From: Acaryochloris marina MBIC11017
GTDB taxonomy: Bacteria; Cyanobacteriota; Cyanobacteriia; Thermosynechococcales; Thermosynechococcaceae
NCBI RefSeq assembly: GCF_000018105.1
Contig: NC_009925.1
Coordinates: forward strand, 720,001-752,000
Length of the DNA stretch: 32,000 nucleotides
Direction of reading: 5' to 3'
The notes beneath the pieces are model-generated. The model was not told where the DNA came from, ran no database searches, and worked only from the letters and a program-made list of their open reading frames with translations. The translations under genes and the position numbers were made by a program. Each line of letters begins with the position of its first letter. Position 1 is the first letter of the stretch. Positions 1 to 8,526 of the stretch are shown here, one piece after another.

Positions 1-309
1 GTGTGAGGGTTACAGCTTGAACTGGCAGCGTCCAAAGGGTAATAACCATACACCCGAATAGAAGAGCCCGGAGTGAATGAGTCAGTATCGTTTGAGAATT
101 ACCTGAGGTCGTCCTTGATGGGCTAGACGATAAAACGCAGCTAGAGCTAGATATTCAATATTTTTTACTGCTTTTGCAATAAAAGAGCTCTTTGTCTTAA
201 TTTATGCAGGATAAGCGGATAAAATTCCCAATTTATCTCACACCAGTTTTTTTTACATAATTTAAACATGTTCCACAACAAAAAAATAGTCTGGTGTCCT
301 GCTGCTATT

Positions 310-1105
310 GGCGTTGCTCAATGACGGGATGAATTAATTGGATTGCGTCAGGATAACCTCATGACTATTTCAAACATCATGAGGAATCTGTATGAAGTGT
401 CCTGAGTGTGGTGGTCAACATATCCATAAGAATGGGCATCGTCGAGGTAAACAAAATCATATCTGTGTGACCTGTGGACGACAGTTTCTTTCAACTTACT
501 CAAAGCGTGGCTACAGTGATTGGACGAAACGACTCTGCCTGAGAATGTATGTCAATGGAATGGGGTTGAAGGGTATCGAACGAGTCATAGGCGTTGCTCA
601 TACCACTGTGATTCATTGGGTTCAACAAGTTGGAGTTCTATTACCCGATGCTTATGACCCCGACGATATCCCACAGGTCGGAGAATTAGATGAACTCGAA
701 ACCTTTGTGGGCAAAAAACGCAATAAGGTCTGGATTTGGACTGTGGTGGATCATTTTCACCCCGGCATTCTAGGCTGGGTTGTGGGTAACCATAGTGCTG
801 AGACCTTTCGACCGTTATGGCAAGCAATCGTCTGTTGGCAATGTTTTTTCTGGGTCAGTGATGGCAATCCCGTCTATCCAGGCTTTATCCCAGAGGGTGA
901 CCAGATTGTTAGCAAGACCTACATGACACGAGTAGAGGGAGAAAATACTCGTTTACGACATTACTTGGCACGGCTCCATCGCAAGACTTTATGTTATTCA
1001 AAGTCGGTGGACATGCTCAAGCATTCAATTCGACTATTGATCCACTATCTCAAGTTTGGGGAAGTACCTATTCCTGCGTGAGTCATCCCGTCATTGAGCA
1101 ACGCC
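310..1105 (+). mobile_element. IS1-family insertion sequence (single-ORF type), 796 bp
   Basis: Perfect 23-bp terminal inverted repeats: GGCGTTGCTCAATGACGGGATGA at 310-332 and its reverse complement at 1083-1105. They are flanked by a 9-bp direct repeat GCTGCTATT (301-309 and 1106-1114) and enclose the 392-1081 transposase ORF. Confidence 0.9.
392..1081 (+). CDS. IS1-family transposase (fused InsA-like zinc finger/HTH plus InsB-like DDE domain)
   Basis: N-terminal CPECGG...CVTCGRQF zinc finger. IS1-type catalytic motifs DELETFVGKKRNKVWIWTVVD, SDGNPVY and TRVEGENTRLRHYLARLHRKTLCYSKS. One uninterrupted 229-aa ORF. Confidence 0.9.
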   Translation: MKCPECGGQHIHKNGHRRGKQNHICVTCGRQFLSTYSKRGYSDWTKRLCLRMYVNGMGLKGIERVIGVAHTTVIHWVQQVGVLLPDAYDPDDIPQVGELDELETFVGKKRNKVWIWTVVDHFHPGILGWVVGNHSAETFRPLWQAIVCWQCFFWVSDGNPVYPGFIPEGDQIVSKTYMTRVEGENTRLRHYLARLHRKTLCYSKSVDMLKHSIRLLIHYLKFGEVPIPA

Positions 1106-1241
1106 GCTGCTATTTGCTGAGTTAATTTCCCCTCCATCAATCGCGTGGAGGTTCAACCTGATTGATGTTCACTTTGGGAACTCCCATTTCTTCGATTCAA
1201 GCTAAATACTTAAGGTGGAAGGTTTGAGAGGTTTCAGCTCT

Positions 1242-2351
1242 ATGAGTAGGGTTTTAGTCATTGGCGGAGGGGGACGGATAGGGCAGAGTGTTGCATCTGA
1301 TCTTGTAAAGCAATTAGAGGCTGATGTAACCCTCACCAGCCGGGATGTAAAAACTGTGCAAGAGGCAGCTGATGGCCTTGCCTCAACCGCCCAGGCTTTG
1401 CCGTTGGATTTGGATGACTGGGTGGCATTGGATACTGCGATCTCATCCCATGATCTCGTCATTCACTGTGCCGGCCCATTCCATGATCGGGATGCGCGAG
1501 TATTGAAATCCTGCATTCAAAACCAAGTTAATTATCTGGATGTCAGCGATCATCCTTCTTTTACAGAAAAAGCGCTTCAGTATCAGGAGCAAGCCCAGGC
1601 TGCAGGGGTTACCGCGATCATTAACACAGGGGTTTTCCCTGGGATTTCCAACAGCATGGTCCGCCAAGATGTGGAAGCGTTGGATCAGCCCGATACCATT
1701 CACCTTAGCTATGTCGTCGCTGGTACGGGAGGTGCTGGGGTGACGATTATGCGCACTACTTTTCTGGGATTAATTGAGTCGTTTCCTGGGTGGCTGCAGG
1801 GGAAATGGCAGCCCATCCAGCCCTATAGTGGTCGGGAAACGATTACGTTTCCCTCGCCCTACGGTCGGGTCAATGTCTTTTGGTTTGATGTGCCGGAGCG
1901 ACTCACCTTACCGCAGACGTTTCCCGTACAGTCTGTCATCACTAAATTTGGATCAGTTCCTGAGATTTATAACGGGATTACCTGGGCTTTAGCCCATTGG
2001 ATGCCTAAATCTTGGTTACAAAACCGACGCATGATTGAATTTCTATCCTGGGGCGGTTTTGTGACGACACAATTTACGGATCGCTTTAGTGGTGTGGGTG
2101 TTGCCATGCGCTCGGCGGTGACGGGGATGCGAGAGGGGCAGCCTACCCAGGCTGTATCGACATTGGCCTTGCCTGATACTGCGATCGCAGCTGGATACGG
2201 GACTGGTAGTATTGCCCAACTGATTCTGACCCAGACATTAGAGAAACCTGGGGTTTGGCCCGTGGAAGCTGCTGTACCGACGTCTCTATTTCAGCAAACG
2301 ATGGCCCAGCGTAACGTCCAGATAGAACAAGTGATATCTTCTGTTCCATAA
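1242..2351 (+). CDS. saccharopine dehydrogenase-like NAD(P)-binding oxidoreductase
   Basis: Rossmann motif VLVIGGGGRIGQ lies right at the N-terminus if ATG 1242 is used; the ORF track starts at GTG 1215. HCAGPF and FPGISN motifs are typical of this family. Confidence 0.7.
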   Translation: MSRVLVIGGGGRIGQSVASDLVKQLEADVTLTSRDVKTVQEAADGLASTAQALPLDLDDWVALDTAISSHDLVIHCAGPFHDRDARVLKSCIQNQVNYLDVSDHPSFTEKALQYQEQAQAAGVTAIINTGVFPGISNSMVRQDVEALDQPDTIHLSYVVAGTGGAGVTIMRTTFLGLIESFPGWLQGKWQPIQPYSGRETITFPSPYGRVNVFWFDVPERLTLPQTFPVQSVITKFGSVPEIYNGITWALAHWMPKSWLQNRRMIEFLSWGGFVTTQFTDRFSGVGVAMRSAVTGMREGQPTQAVSTLALPDTAIAAGYGTGSIAQLILTQTLEKPGVWPVEAAVPTSLFQQTMAQRNVQIEQVISSVP

Positions 2352-2490
2352 ACTGCAAACCTTAAAGGGAGATTACAAATTGCCAGCTAGCCGATCATCC
2401 CAACGAACGAGGCGAAATTTTAGGATTAAGATGGTGAGAACCTGACCTGCCCGCATCCTTCCTATGGCGTCAATCTAGGATCAAAATACT

Positions 2491-2598
2491 GTGGTGAAGA
2501 TAATTCAACGTCGCTCCCTTGGCCTCCAGTCCGTTTATGACATCGGTCTCGCCCAAGATCATAATTTTGTGATGGCCAATGGTTGGGTTGCGGCCAAC
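2491..2598 (+). other. split DnaE intein C-fragment (Int-C, 36 codons); +1 Cys codon TGC at 2599-2601
   Basis: Residue pattern closely matches the known 36-aa Int-C of cyanobacterial DnaE split inteins (MVK.I.RRSLG.Q...DIGL.QDHNF...NG..AAN|CFN). Confidence 0.9.
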
Positions 2599-3831
2599 TG
2601 CTTTAATAAATCTCACTCCACCGCCTATGGATATGTCACCTATCAAACCGCCTATTTAAAAGCCAACTACCCCGTTGAGTATATGGCGGCCCTACTCACC
2701 GCCAATAGTGGTGATCAGGATAAAGTACAGAAGTACATTGCCACGGCCCTCAGCATGGGGATTGAAGTGGAACCGCCTGATATCAACCGTTCCGGCGTGG
2801 ATTTCACCCCCTTAGACAAAAATATTTTGTTTGGACTGTCTGCGGTTCGTAATTTGGGGCAAGGAGCCATTGAAGCCATTTTGGCAGCTCGGGATGAGGA
2901 TGGGGGGTTTGAGTCTTTGGCAGAGCTTTGCGATCGGGTTGATCCACGAGTGGTTAATCGGCGGGCATTAGAAGCCCTAATCTATAGCGGCGCTCTGGAT
3001 GCCTTTGACACCAATCGCAATCAGTTAGTCCATGATTTAGAACTCATTCTGGAATGGGCCCAGTCCCGGGCGAAGGATCGAGCGATAGGTCAGGGCAATC
3101 TCTTTGACATCATGGGCGGCGAAGGCGATGCACCTACCTCTTTAGAAACAGCCCCTAAAGCCGAACCCGTTGAAGATTTTCAAGAATCCGAAAAGCTGAA
3201 GCTGGAAAAAGAAATCCTTGGCTTCTATATTTCCAACCATCCCTTGCGAGAAATTGAGCGGCCCGCTCGGCTGATGGCTCCCATCAGTTTGGCGAATTTA
3301 GAAGAACAGCCCGAAAAAACCACCGTCAGTGCCATTGTGTTACTCACGGAAGTCAAGCCGATTATTACCAAGAAAGGCGATCGGATGGCGATCGTGCAGA
3401 TGGAAGACTTGTCGGGGAAGGCAGAAGGCGTCGTCTTTCCTCGAAGCTTTGAGCGGATTGGTGAGTACATTGAGACGGACCTCCGCCTAATGATTTGGGG
3501 GAAAGTAGATCGGCGAGACGATCGCATTCAGATCATTGTTGAAGATGCCGAGCCGATCGAAGAGGTGAAGCTTGTTATGGTGGAAATTCCGGCTCAAGAT
3601 GCCGGTAATATCCAGCAACAGCAACGGCTCAAGGAAATTTTGCGACAGCAAGCTGGAGAGGAAAACGCCGCCAAAGTATCTGTCATTGCCAAAATTAAGG
3701 GAGATGAAAAAAGTCAGTTGGTTCGTCTGGGGTCCCAGTTCCGAGTCCAAAATGAGCACATGGCGGTTCAAGCTCTTGCCAGTGCTGGCTTTCGCGCATC
3801 CTCTTCGGTGTTGGTTGATCTAAAAACCTGA
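2491..3831 (+). CDS. dnaE: DNA polymerase III alpha subunit, C-terminal half (split gene dnaE-C) preceded by the intein C-fragment
   Basis: Starts GTG-GTG-AAG, giving MVKIIQRRSLGLQSVYDIGLAQDHNFVMANGWVAAN (36 aa, DnaE Int-C pattern). This is followed by the CFNKSH extein junction and then Pol III alpha C-terminal sequence (AYGYVTYQTAYLKANYP, OB-fold region). Confidence 0.92.
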   Translation: MVKIIQRRSLGLQSVYDIGLAQDHNFVMANGWVAANCFNKSHSTAYGYVTYQTAYLKANYPVEYMAALLTANSGDQDKVQKYIATALSMGIEVEPPDINRSGVDFTPLDKNILFGLSAVRNLGQGAIEAILAARDEDGGFESLAELCDRVDPRVVNRRALEALIYSGALDAFDTNRNQLVHDLELILEWAQSRAKDRAIGQGNLFDIMGGEGDAPTSLETAPKAEPVEDFQESEKLKLEKEILGFYISNHPLREIERPARLMAPISLANLEEQPEKTTVSAIVLLTEVKPIITKKGDRMAIVQMEDLSGKAEGVVFPRSFERIGEYIETDLRLMIWGKVDRRDDRIQIIVEDAEPIEEVKLVMVEIPAQDAGNIQQQQRLKEILRQQAGEENAAKVSVIAKIKGDEKSQLVRLGSQFRVQNEHMAVQALASAGFRASSSVLVDLKT

Positions 3832-3997
3832 AAAAAATATTTGCGGATAATTTTAATTTCGCAAAAATATGCATAATATAGCTGGTGGACATGAATATTT
3901 CACCGCTAGACCTAGGCATATGCAAATTTCTGCGCCATAATTGGCTTTATAGGCTGGGGGTATCTAGCATACAAACCTAATCTGCAAGAGAACGCCA

Positions 3998-4600
3998 ATG
4001 AAAAACCTATTGACTGGAGCAGGTGTATCCCTACTAGTAACCACTATTGCCTCTTTCGGGTCGGTGAATGTCAGCCTTGCCCAAGAAACTAGTATTGATC
4101 CACAATCTCTACCCGGAAACTATGGGCTTGTCCGCTCTTTTGATGGCCAGAATCTAGAGGTTCGCCTATTAGACGGCACCCAAAAAACCTACTCAGTTCC
4201 TGAAGGGACTTCTGCATCCTTAGAGCAAGGCGATCTGATTGGGTTTGATCTTGATAAAGAAGGCACTATGGTGTCTAACGTTCAGCCCCCTGTTGTAGAC
4301 GAAGTCATTCGCGGTACGGTTACGGATGTCGATTTAGAAAGCGAGACCGTTACCCTTTTACCGGAAGGCGCTGACGCACCTATCGATACACGAGTGTCCC
4401 AAAGCACGATTTCTCGCTTAGGCCTAGAGCCTGGCAAAGAAATGATGGTGACCAAATTCGCCGACACTTGGGCTACGAAGGTTTGTCTGCCTAGAGCCGC
4501 AGCTCCTGTGGTTGCCCCACCCGTCCAGGAGCCGATTGTTCCTTTTGGTGGTGCTGAGCCTGACCCCATTCCCTCTGAGCCTATCCCTGCCTTGTGGTAG
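3998..4600 (+). CDS. secreted hypothetical protein with proline-rich C-terminus
   Basis: N-terminal signal-peptide-like segment MKNLLTGAGVSLLVTTIASFGSVNVSLAQE. C-terminal APVVAPPVQEPIVPFGGAEPDPIPSEPIP. An intrinsic terminator follows downstream. Confidence 0.6.
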   Translation: MKNLLTGAGVSLLVTTIASFGSVNVSLAQETSIDPQSLPGNYGLVRSFDGQNLEVRLLDGTQKTYSVPEGTSASLEQGDLIGFDLDKEGTMVSNVQPPVVDEVIRGTVTDVDLESETVTLLPEGADAPIDTRVSQSTISRLGLEPGKEMMVTKFADTWATKVCLPRAAAPVVAPPVQEPIVPFGGAEPDPIPSEPIPALW

Positions 4601-4650
4601 TCACGGTTTAATCGGATAGAGTCAACCCCCACATCTAAACTTATATGATT

Positions 4651-4684
4651 AAACAGGGATAGCCTATTGGTCTATCCCTGTTTT
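4651..4684 (+). terminator. rho-independent terminator
   Basis: 12-bp stem AAACAGGGATAG (4651-4662) / CTATCCCTGTTT (4672-4683) with a 9-nt loop, running into TTTT (4681-4684). Confidence 0.7.
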
Positions 4685-4700
4685 GGCTTGAGCTAGTTTT

Positions 4701-4994
4701 ATGAAGCAGCTATTGATTGGGATGATTCAGGTTTATCGACGACTGATCTCCCCTCTTTTCCCTCCGTCCTGTCGGTTTCATCCTACTTGTTCTGCTTATG
4801 CCATCGAAGCCATCTCTACTTGGGGATCGGTCAAAGGCAGTTGGTTAGCCGCTAAACGGATTTGTCGCTGTAATCCCTTTCACCCTGGTGGCTACGATCC
4901 TGTGCCAACAGTTGCTACATTATCGGATTCAGCTCATTCTGAAACGGTTGATTCTGAGGTAGATCAGGACAATAGCTCTCACGGTTCTGAGTAA
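4701..4994 (+). CDS. yidD: membrane protein insertion efficiency factor YidD
   Basis: Family signature YRRLISP...[15 protein letters not shown]...G...[23 protein letters not shown]. Confidence 0.9.
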   Translation: MKQLLIGMIQVYRRLISPLFPPSCRFHPTCSAYAIEAISTWGSVKGSWLAAKRICRCNPFHPGGYDPVPTVATLSDSAHSETVDSEVDQDNSSHGSE

Positions 4995-5042
4995 AGCTTG
5001 AGTTTCATGAAGTAAGATTACAGTTAATGTAGTCTCTACTAC

Positions 5043-6329
5043 TTGAGAAAAGATTTGCTAACAGAAGACCGACCGTTAATTCAACTTGAGGACTCTAAAC
5101 AGCCCTTAAAGCAGGGACCAGACCAACGATGGTCTGCCATCGCCTTAGTGGCTGGAACCACGGTTGGGGCAGGTATTTTAGCCCTACCGGCCATGACTCA
5201 CCCCGCTGGATTTCTGCCCTCAACGGTGATGCTGATGGTGGTCTGGGTGTATGCCCTGGTGGCGGCCCTGTTGCTGGCTGAGGTCAATGTCGTCTGTATG
5301 CGCCGATCGGGGCAGGACAATATGGGATTGCTGGGGATGGTCGAACGTACCCTGGGTAAACCCATCGCTAATGTGGCGGGGGGTGCCTATTTATTCCTGC
5401 ACTATGCATTACTCGTTGCCTATCTGTCTCAAGGGGGAGATATTCTTTCCAGTGGGCTGGCCCATCTCGTGGGTGGGGCAGTTCCGGGTTGGGCTGGACC
5501 CACAGTGTTTGCCTTGATCTTTGGGGGGCTTCTGTATTGGGGAAGTGATCAGCTGGTCGCCAAGTTTAACAGCACCTTTGTCGGAATCGTAATTATCACG
5601 TTTGTGGCTCTATTGGTGCTGAGCGGTACTCAGGTTGATCCGGGAGAATTAGTCCATCAAAACTGGCCCGCCATTAGTCCTGCCATCTCGGTCATGTTAG
5701 TGGCGTTGTTCTATCACAATGTAGTGCCGGTGGTAGCAACCCAACTGGAGGGAGACTTAGGCAAAATCCGCCAGTCGATTGTGGTGGGGTCTGTGATTCC
5801 CCTGCTGATGTTTCTAGTTTGGAATGCAGTCATTTTGGGAAGTATAGGGGGCTTAGCTAGCTTGAGCGCTGGCAGTGAGGTGTTTGACCCCCTAGAAATA
5901 CTGCGCAACAATGCTGACTTACCGGGGTTGAGTATCGTGGTATCGGTGTTTTCAGAGTTTGCGATCGCAACCTCGTTCATCGGCTTCACCTACGGACTAC
6001 TAGATTTCCTTAAAGACGCGTTTCAAGTTCGGGAAATAACACCCGACAATCGCCTCCCCTTTTATTCGATTGTTTTTCTCCCCGCATTGGGACTCTCCAC
6101 CTTAAATCCCAATATCTTCTTTACAGCCCTTGACTATGCGGGAGCCTTTAGTATTTCGGTTTTAGGGGGCATCTTACCGGCGATCATGGCCTGGACGTTA
6201 CGGTATCGCTCTCCTCTGCAGACTTCACCCCAAACCTTAGTGCCAGGAGGACGGGGGACGCTGATTATTATGGTGGTTTTGGCCGTGGCCGTGATTGCCA
6301 TCCAAATTTCAACGATGGTGACAGCTTAA
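5043..6329 (+). CDS. amino acid permease (aromatic amino acid / Trp-Tyr permease-like), about 11-12 TM
   Basis: N-terminal GTTVGAGILALP motif and multiple hydrophobic spans throughout. TTG start; no ATG before the first TM. Confidence 0.7.
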   Translation: MRKDLLTEDRPLIQLEDSKQPLKQGPDQRWSAIALVAGTTVGAGILALPAMTHPAGFLPSTVMLMVVWVYALVAALLLAEVNVVCMRRSGQDNMGLLGMVERTLGKPIANVAGGAYLFLHYALLVAYLSQGGDILSSGLAHLVGGAVPGWAGPTVFALIFGGLLYWGSDQLVAKFNSTFVGIVIITFVALLVLSGTQVDPGELVHQNWPAISPAISVMLVALFYHNVVPVVATQLEGDLGKIRQSIVVGSVIPLLMFLVWNAVILGSIGGLASLSAGSEVFDPLEILRNNADLPGLSIVVSVFSEFAIATSFIGFTYGLLDFLKDAFQVREITPDNRLPFYSIVFLPALGLSTLNPNIFFTALDYAGAFSISVLGGILPAIMAWTLRYRSPLQTSPQTLVPGGRGTLIIMVVLAVAVIAIQISTMVTA

Positions 6330-6416
6330 AGTTATCTTTTTTCCTACTCCTTTAAGAATGTTTGGTATTTCCGACAATTGGGAAATCTAGTGGCTAAGAT
6401 TGAAATAGCCTACTAG

Positions 6417-7070
6417 GTGTACTCAGTAATGCTGACCCTGTATTGGTCTTGTTTTCTGATCGGTGGTGTTTTTGTTTTTCTAGCTGTTATTGGTGGTATT
6501 GATGGAGTTGAGTTTGAACTAGATGAGTTGGGACTAGACTCAGATGTAGAAATCTTTGATCAAAGATCTCGTTCCTCATCAACCTTCGATTCCATCTCTA
6601 AGAAACGCCGAAAGTTCCCCTTACTAGGTCTGTTTAGAAGCCTCAAATTCTGGACCTTTGGCAGTTGTTTTTTTGGCCTAACCGGCATTCTGCTGAGTGC
6701 ATTACAAACCGGGATGCCAGCTCTAGCCATTACGCTGATCGCCATGGCAATGGGCCTGTTCTTTGGAACGGCCATGTCCGGGTTACTCCTGTACCTCCGA
6801 CATCAGCAGACGGATAGCCTAATTAGCCATGATGATTTGGTGGGATTAGCAGGCACAGTTGAAATCCCTTTTGATGCCCAATCCCGAGGCAAAGTTCGCT
6901 TAAAAGTAAAGGGCAGCATCCTGGAAGTTGTGGCCTTTACCGATGGCAATCGTTCCTTTCAGCCCGGCGAGCAAGTGGTCGTCGTGGGTACCCAAGAGAA
7001 CAGAGTTTGGGTCGTCTCTAGTGATTCGTTTAATCAGCCGCCAGATGCGTTGAGCAGCGGCCAAACCTGA
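6417..7070 (+). CDS. NfeD/YqiJ-like membrane protein with C-terminal OB-fold
   Basis: N-terminal and central TM segments. C-terminal NfeD-type beta domain LAGTVEIPFDAQSRGKVRLKVKGSILEVVAF...GEQVVVVGTQENRVWVV. Sits directly upstream of flotillin genes, the canonical NfeD-SPFH arrangement. Alternative ATG at 6429. Confidence 0.75.
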   Translation: MYSVMLTLYWSCFLIGGVFVFLAVIGGIDGVEFELDELGLDSDVEIFDQRSRSSSTFDSISKKRRKFPLLGLFRSLKFWTFGSCFFGLTGILLSALQTGMPALAITLIAMAMGLFFGTAMSGLLLYLRHQQTDSLISHDDLVGLAGTVEIPFDAQSRGKVRLKVKGSILEVVAFTDGNRSFQPGEQVVVVGTQENRVWVVSSDSFNQPPDALSSGQT

Positions 7071-7171
7071 GTTTTAGCGTTTTTTACAACACCTAGTAGC
7101 GAATTTCTGTTTTGTGTTGTCGTTACATTGTTGTGTTTTTTGACATGGTAAGTAGCAGGAAATTTCAATCT

Positions 7172-8524
7172 ATGAGTGAGTCTGTCGATCAGCCCATTTG
7201 GGAGCAATCCCAATTGATTGCCCAAGTTGAATCCTCCCCTAGAGTGAATCGGGAGGAGCCTGGCCTTCCAACGGCGGTACCAATCGCGGGGGCCATTTTC
7301 GGTGTCATCCTGGTGGTTTGGTTCCTCAAGAATTTTTTGCGAATTTGCAATCCCAATGAAATCTTGATTTTATCGGGGCGCAAACATCGCACTAAAGAAG
7401 GGCAAACCGTTGGCTATCGGGTTATTTTTGGGGGCCGAGTGATTTCGATTCCCATCTTAGAATCTGTCAAAATCATGGACATGACTACCATGCCTGTCCC
7501 CGTTGAAGTCAAAAATGCCTATTCCAAGGGGGGGACACCCCTCGATATCCAAGCCATTGCCAACGTCAAAATCTCGAATGATCCGGCAGTCGTCGGCAAT
7601 GCCATTGAGCGATTCCTCGATCGCGATCGCAAAGAGATACTGCGGGTGGCCCGAGAAACATTAGAGGGGAATTTGCGGGGTGTGGTAGCTTTGCTGACCC
7701 CCGAACAAATCAACGAAGACCGACTGGAATTTGCCGAACGCATTGCCCAGGACGTCTCGCGAGAACTGGCAAAGTTGGGATTACAGCTGGATACCCTCAA
7801 AATTCAGAGTGTTGCCGATGAGGTTGATTATCTCAGCTCCATCGGCCGGAGACAGATTGCCCAGATTGTTAGGGATGCTGAGATTGCCGAGTCCAACGCC
7901 ATGGGAGAAGCCGAGCGGATCGAAGCCGACTGTCAGCAGCAGTCAGAAGTCGCTCAAACCCAGGCCCTAGCCGTTGTTCAGGAAAAACAAAACGAGCTAC
8001 GCAAAATTAAAGCGGAGCTAGAACAGCGAGCCAAGTCTGAAGAAGAACGCACCATTGCTGCCGGGAAAGAAGCCCGTGCCCGAGCAGAACAACAACTCCA
8101 GGCAATGCGAGCTGATTTAGAGCGGTTGCGTTTAGAGGCAGATGAGGTGCTTCCGGCGGAAGCCCAGCGGCAGGCCAAAGCCTTGCAGGCCCGAGGAGAA
8201 GCAGCCAGCTTAGGGGAAAATGCCAAAGCGGCAGCCCAAGTCAACGATATGTTGTCCAAAGTCTGGGAAGAAACCGGAACGGATGCCTCAGAAGTCTTCT
8301 TAATTCAGCAAATTGAAATGGTGCTGCAACAGGCGGCAGAGATTCCCAATCGGGTCAAATTAGATCGCATCAATGTCATTGATAACGGTGATGGGCAGTC
8401 CATTGCCAGTTTGGTGAATGCTTACCCAGAAATGGTGCGACAATTCCTCGATCGAGTCGATCAAACCCTAGGCATTGACGTCACTGGCACCCTCAAAGCC
8501 CAGCATCAGGATAAAGGAGAATAG
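7172..8524 (+). CDS. flotillin-like SPFH/Band-7 protein (paralog 1)
   Basis: N-terminal TM, then SPFH core (NEILILSGRKH...YRVIFGGRVISIPILE...VKNAYSKGGTPLDIQAIANVKI) and a long E/A/Q/R-rich coiled-coil flotillin tail. Start is uncertain: ATG 7172, ATG 7145 or ORF-track 7112. Confidence 0.85.
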   Translation: MSESVDQPIWEQSQLIAQVESSPRVNREEPGLPTAVPIAGAIFGVILVVWFLKNFLRICNPNEILILSGRKHRTKEGQTVGYRVIFGGRVISIPILESVKIMDMTTMPVPVEVKNAYSKGGTPLDIQAIANVKISNDPAVVGNAIERFLDRDRKEILRVARETLEGNLRGVVALLTPEQINEDRLEFAERIAQDVSRELAKLGLQLDTLKIQSVADEVDYLSSIGRRQIAQIVRDAEIAESNAMGEAERIEADCQQQSEVAQTQALAVVQEKQNELRKIKAELEQRAKSEEERTIAAGKEARARAEQQLQAMRADLERLRLEADEVLPAEAQRQAKALQARGEAASLGENAKAAAQVNDMLSKVWEETGTDASEVFLIQQIEMVLQQAAEIPNRVKLDRINVIDNGDGQSIASLVNAYPEMVRQFLDRVDQTLGIDVTGTLKAQHQDKGE

Positions 8525-8526
8525 AA

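Noticed and set aside
1-130. Open minus-strand frame reaching the left window edge (possible start MVITLWTLPVQAVTLT at about 47)
   Set aside because: Only about 15 codons would be inside the window. No SD or motif supports it.
240-300. Imperfect inverted repeat ACACCAG-T8 ... A7-TAGT-CTGGTGT just left of the IS1 element
   Set aside because: The arms are short (7 bp) with A/T-run extensions and a loop of about 30 nt. This is most simply AT-rich promoter-region sequence, and it is not part of the IS, whose IRs and TSD are defined independently.
7519-8259. Antisense ORFs 7519-7800 and 7978-8259 (93 aa each) inside flotillin paralog 1
   Set aside because: They lie opposite the E/A/R/Q-rich coiled-coil coding region, whose GC-rich repetitive codons keep the reverse frame open. 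The products are low-complexity S/R/A-rich with no start context.
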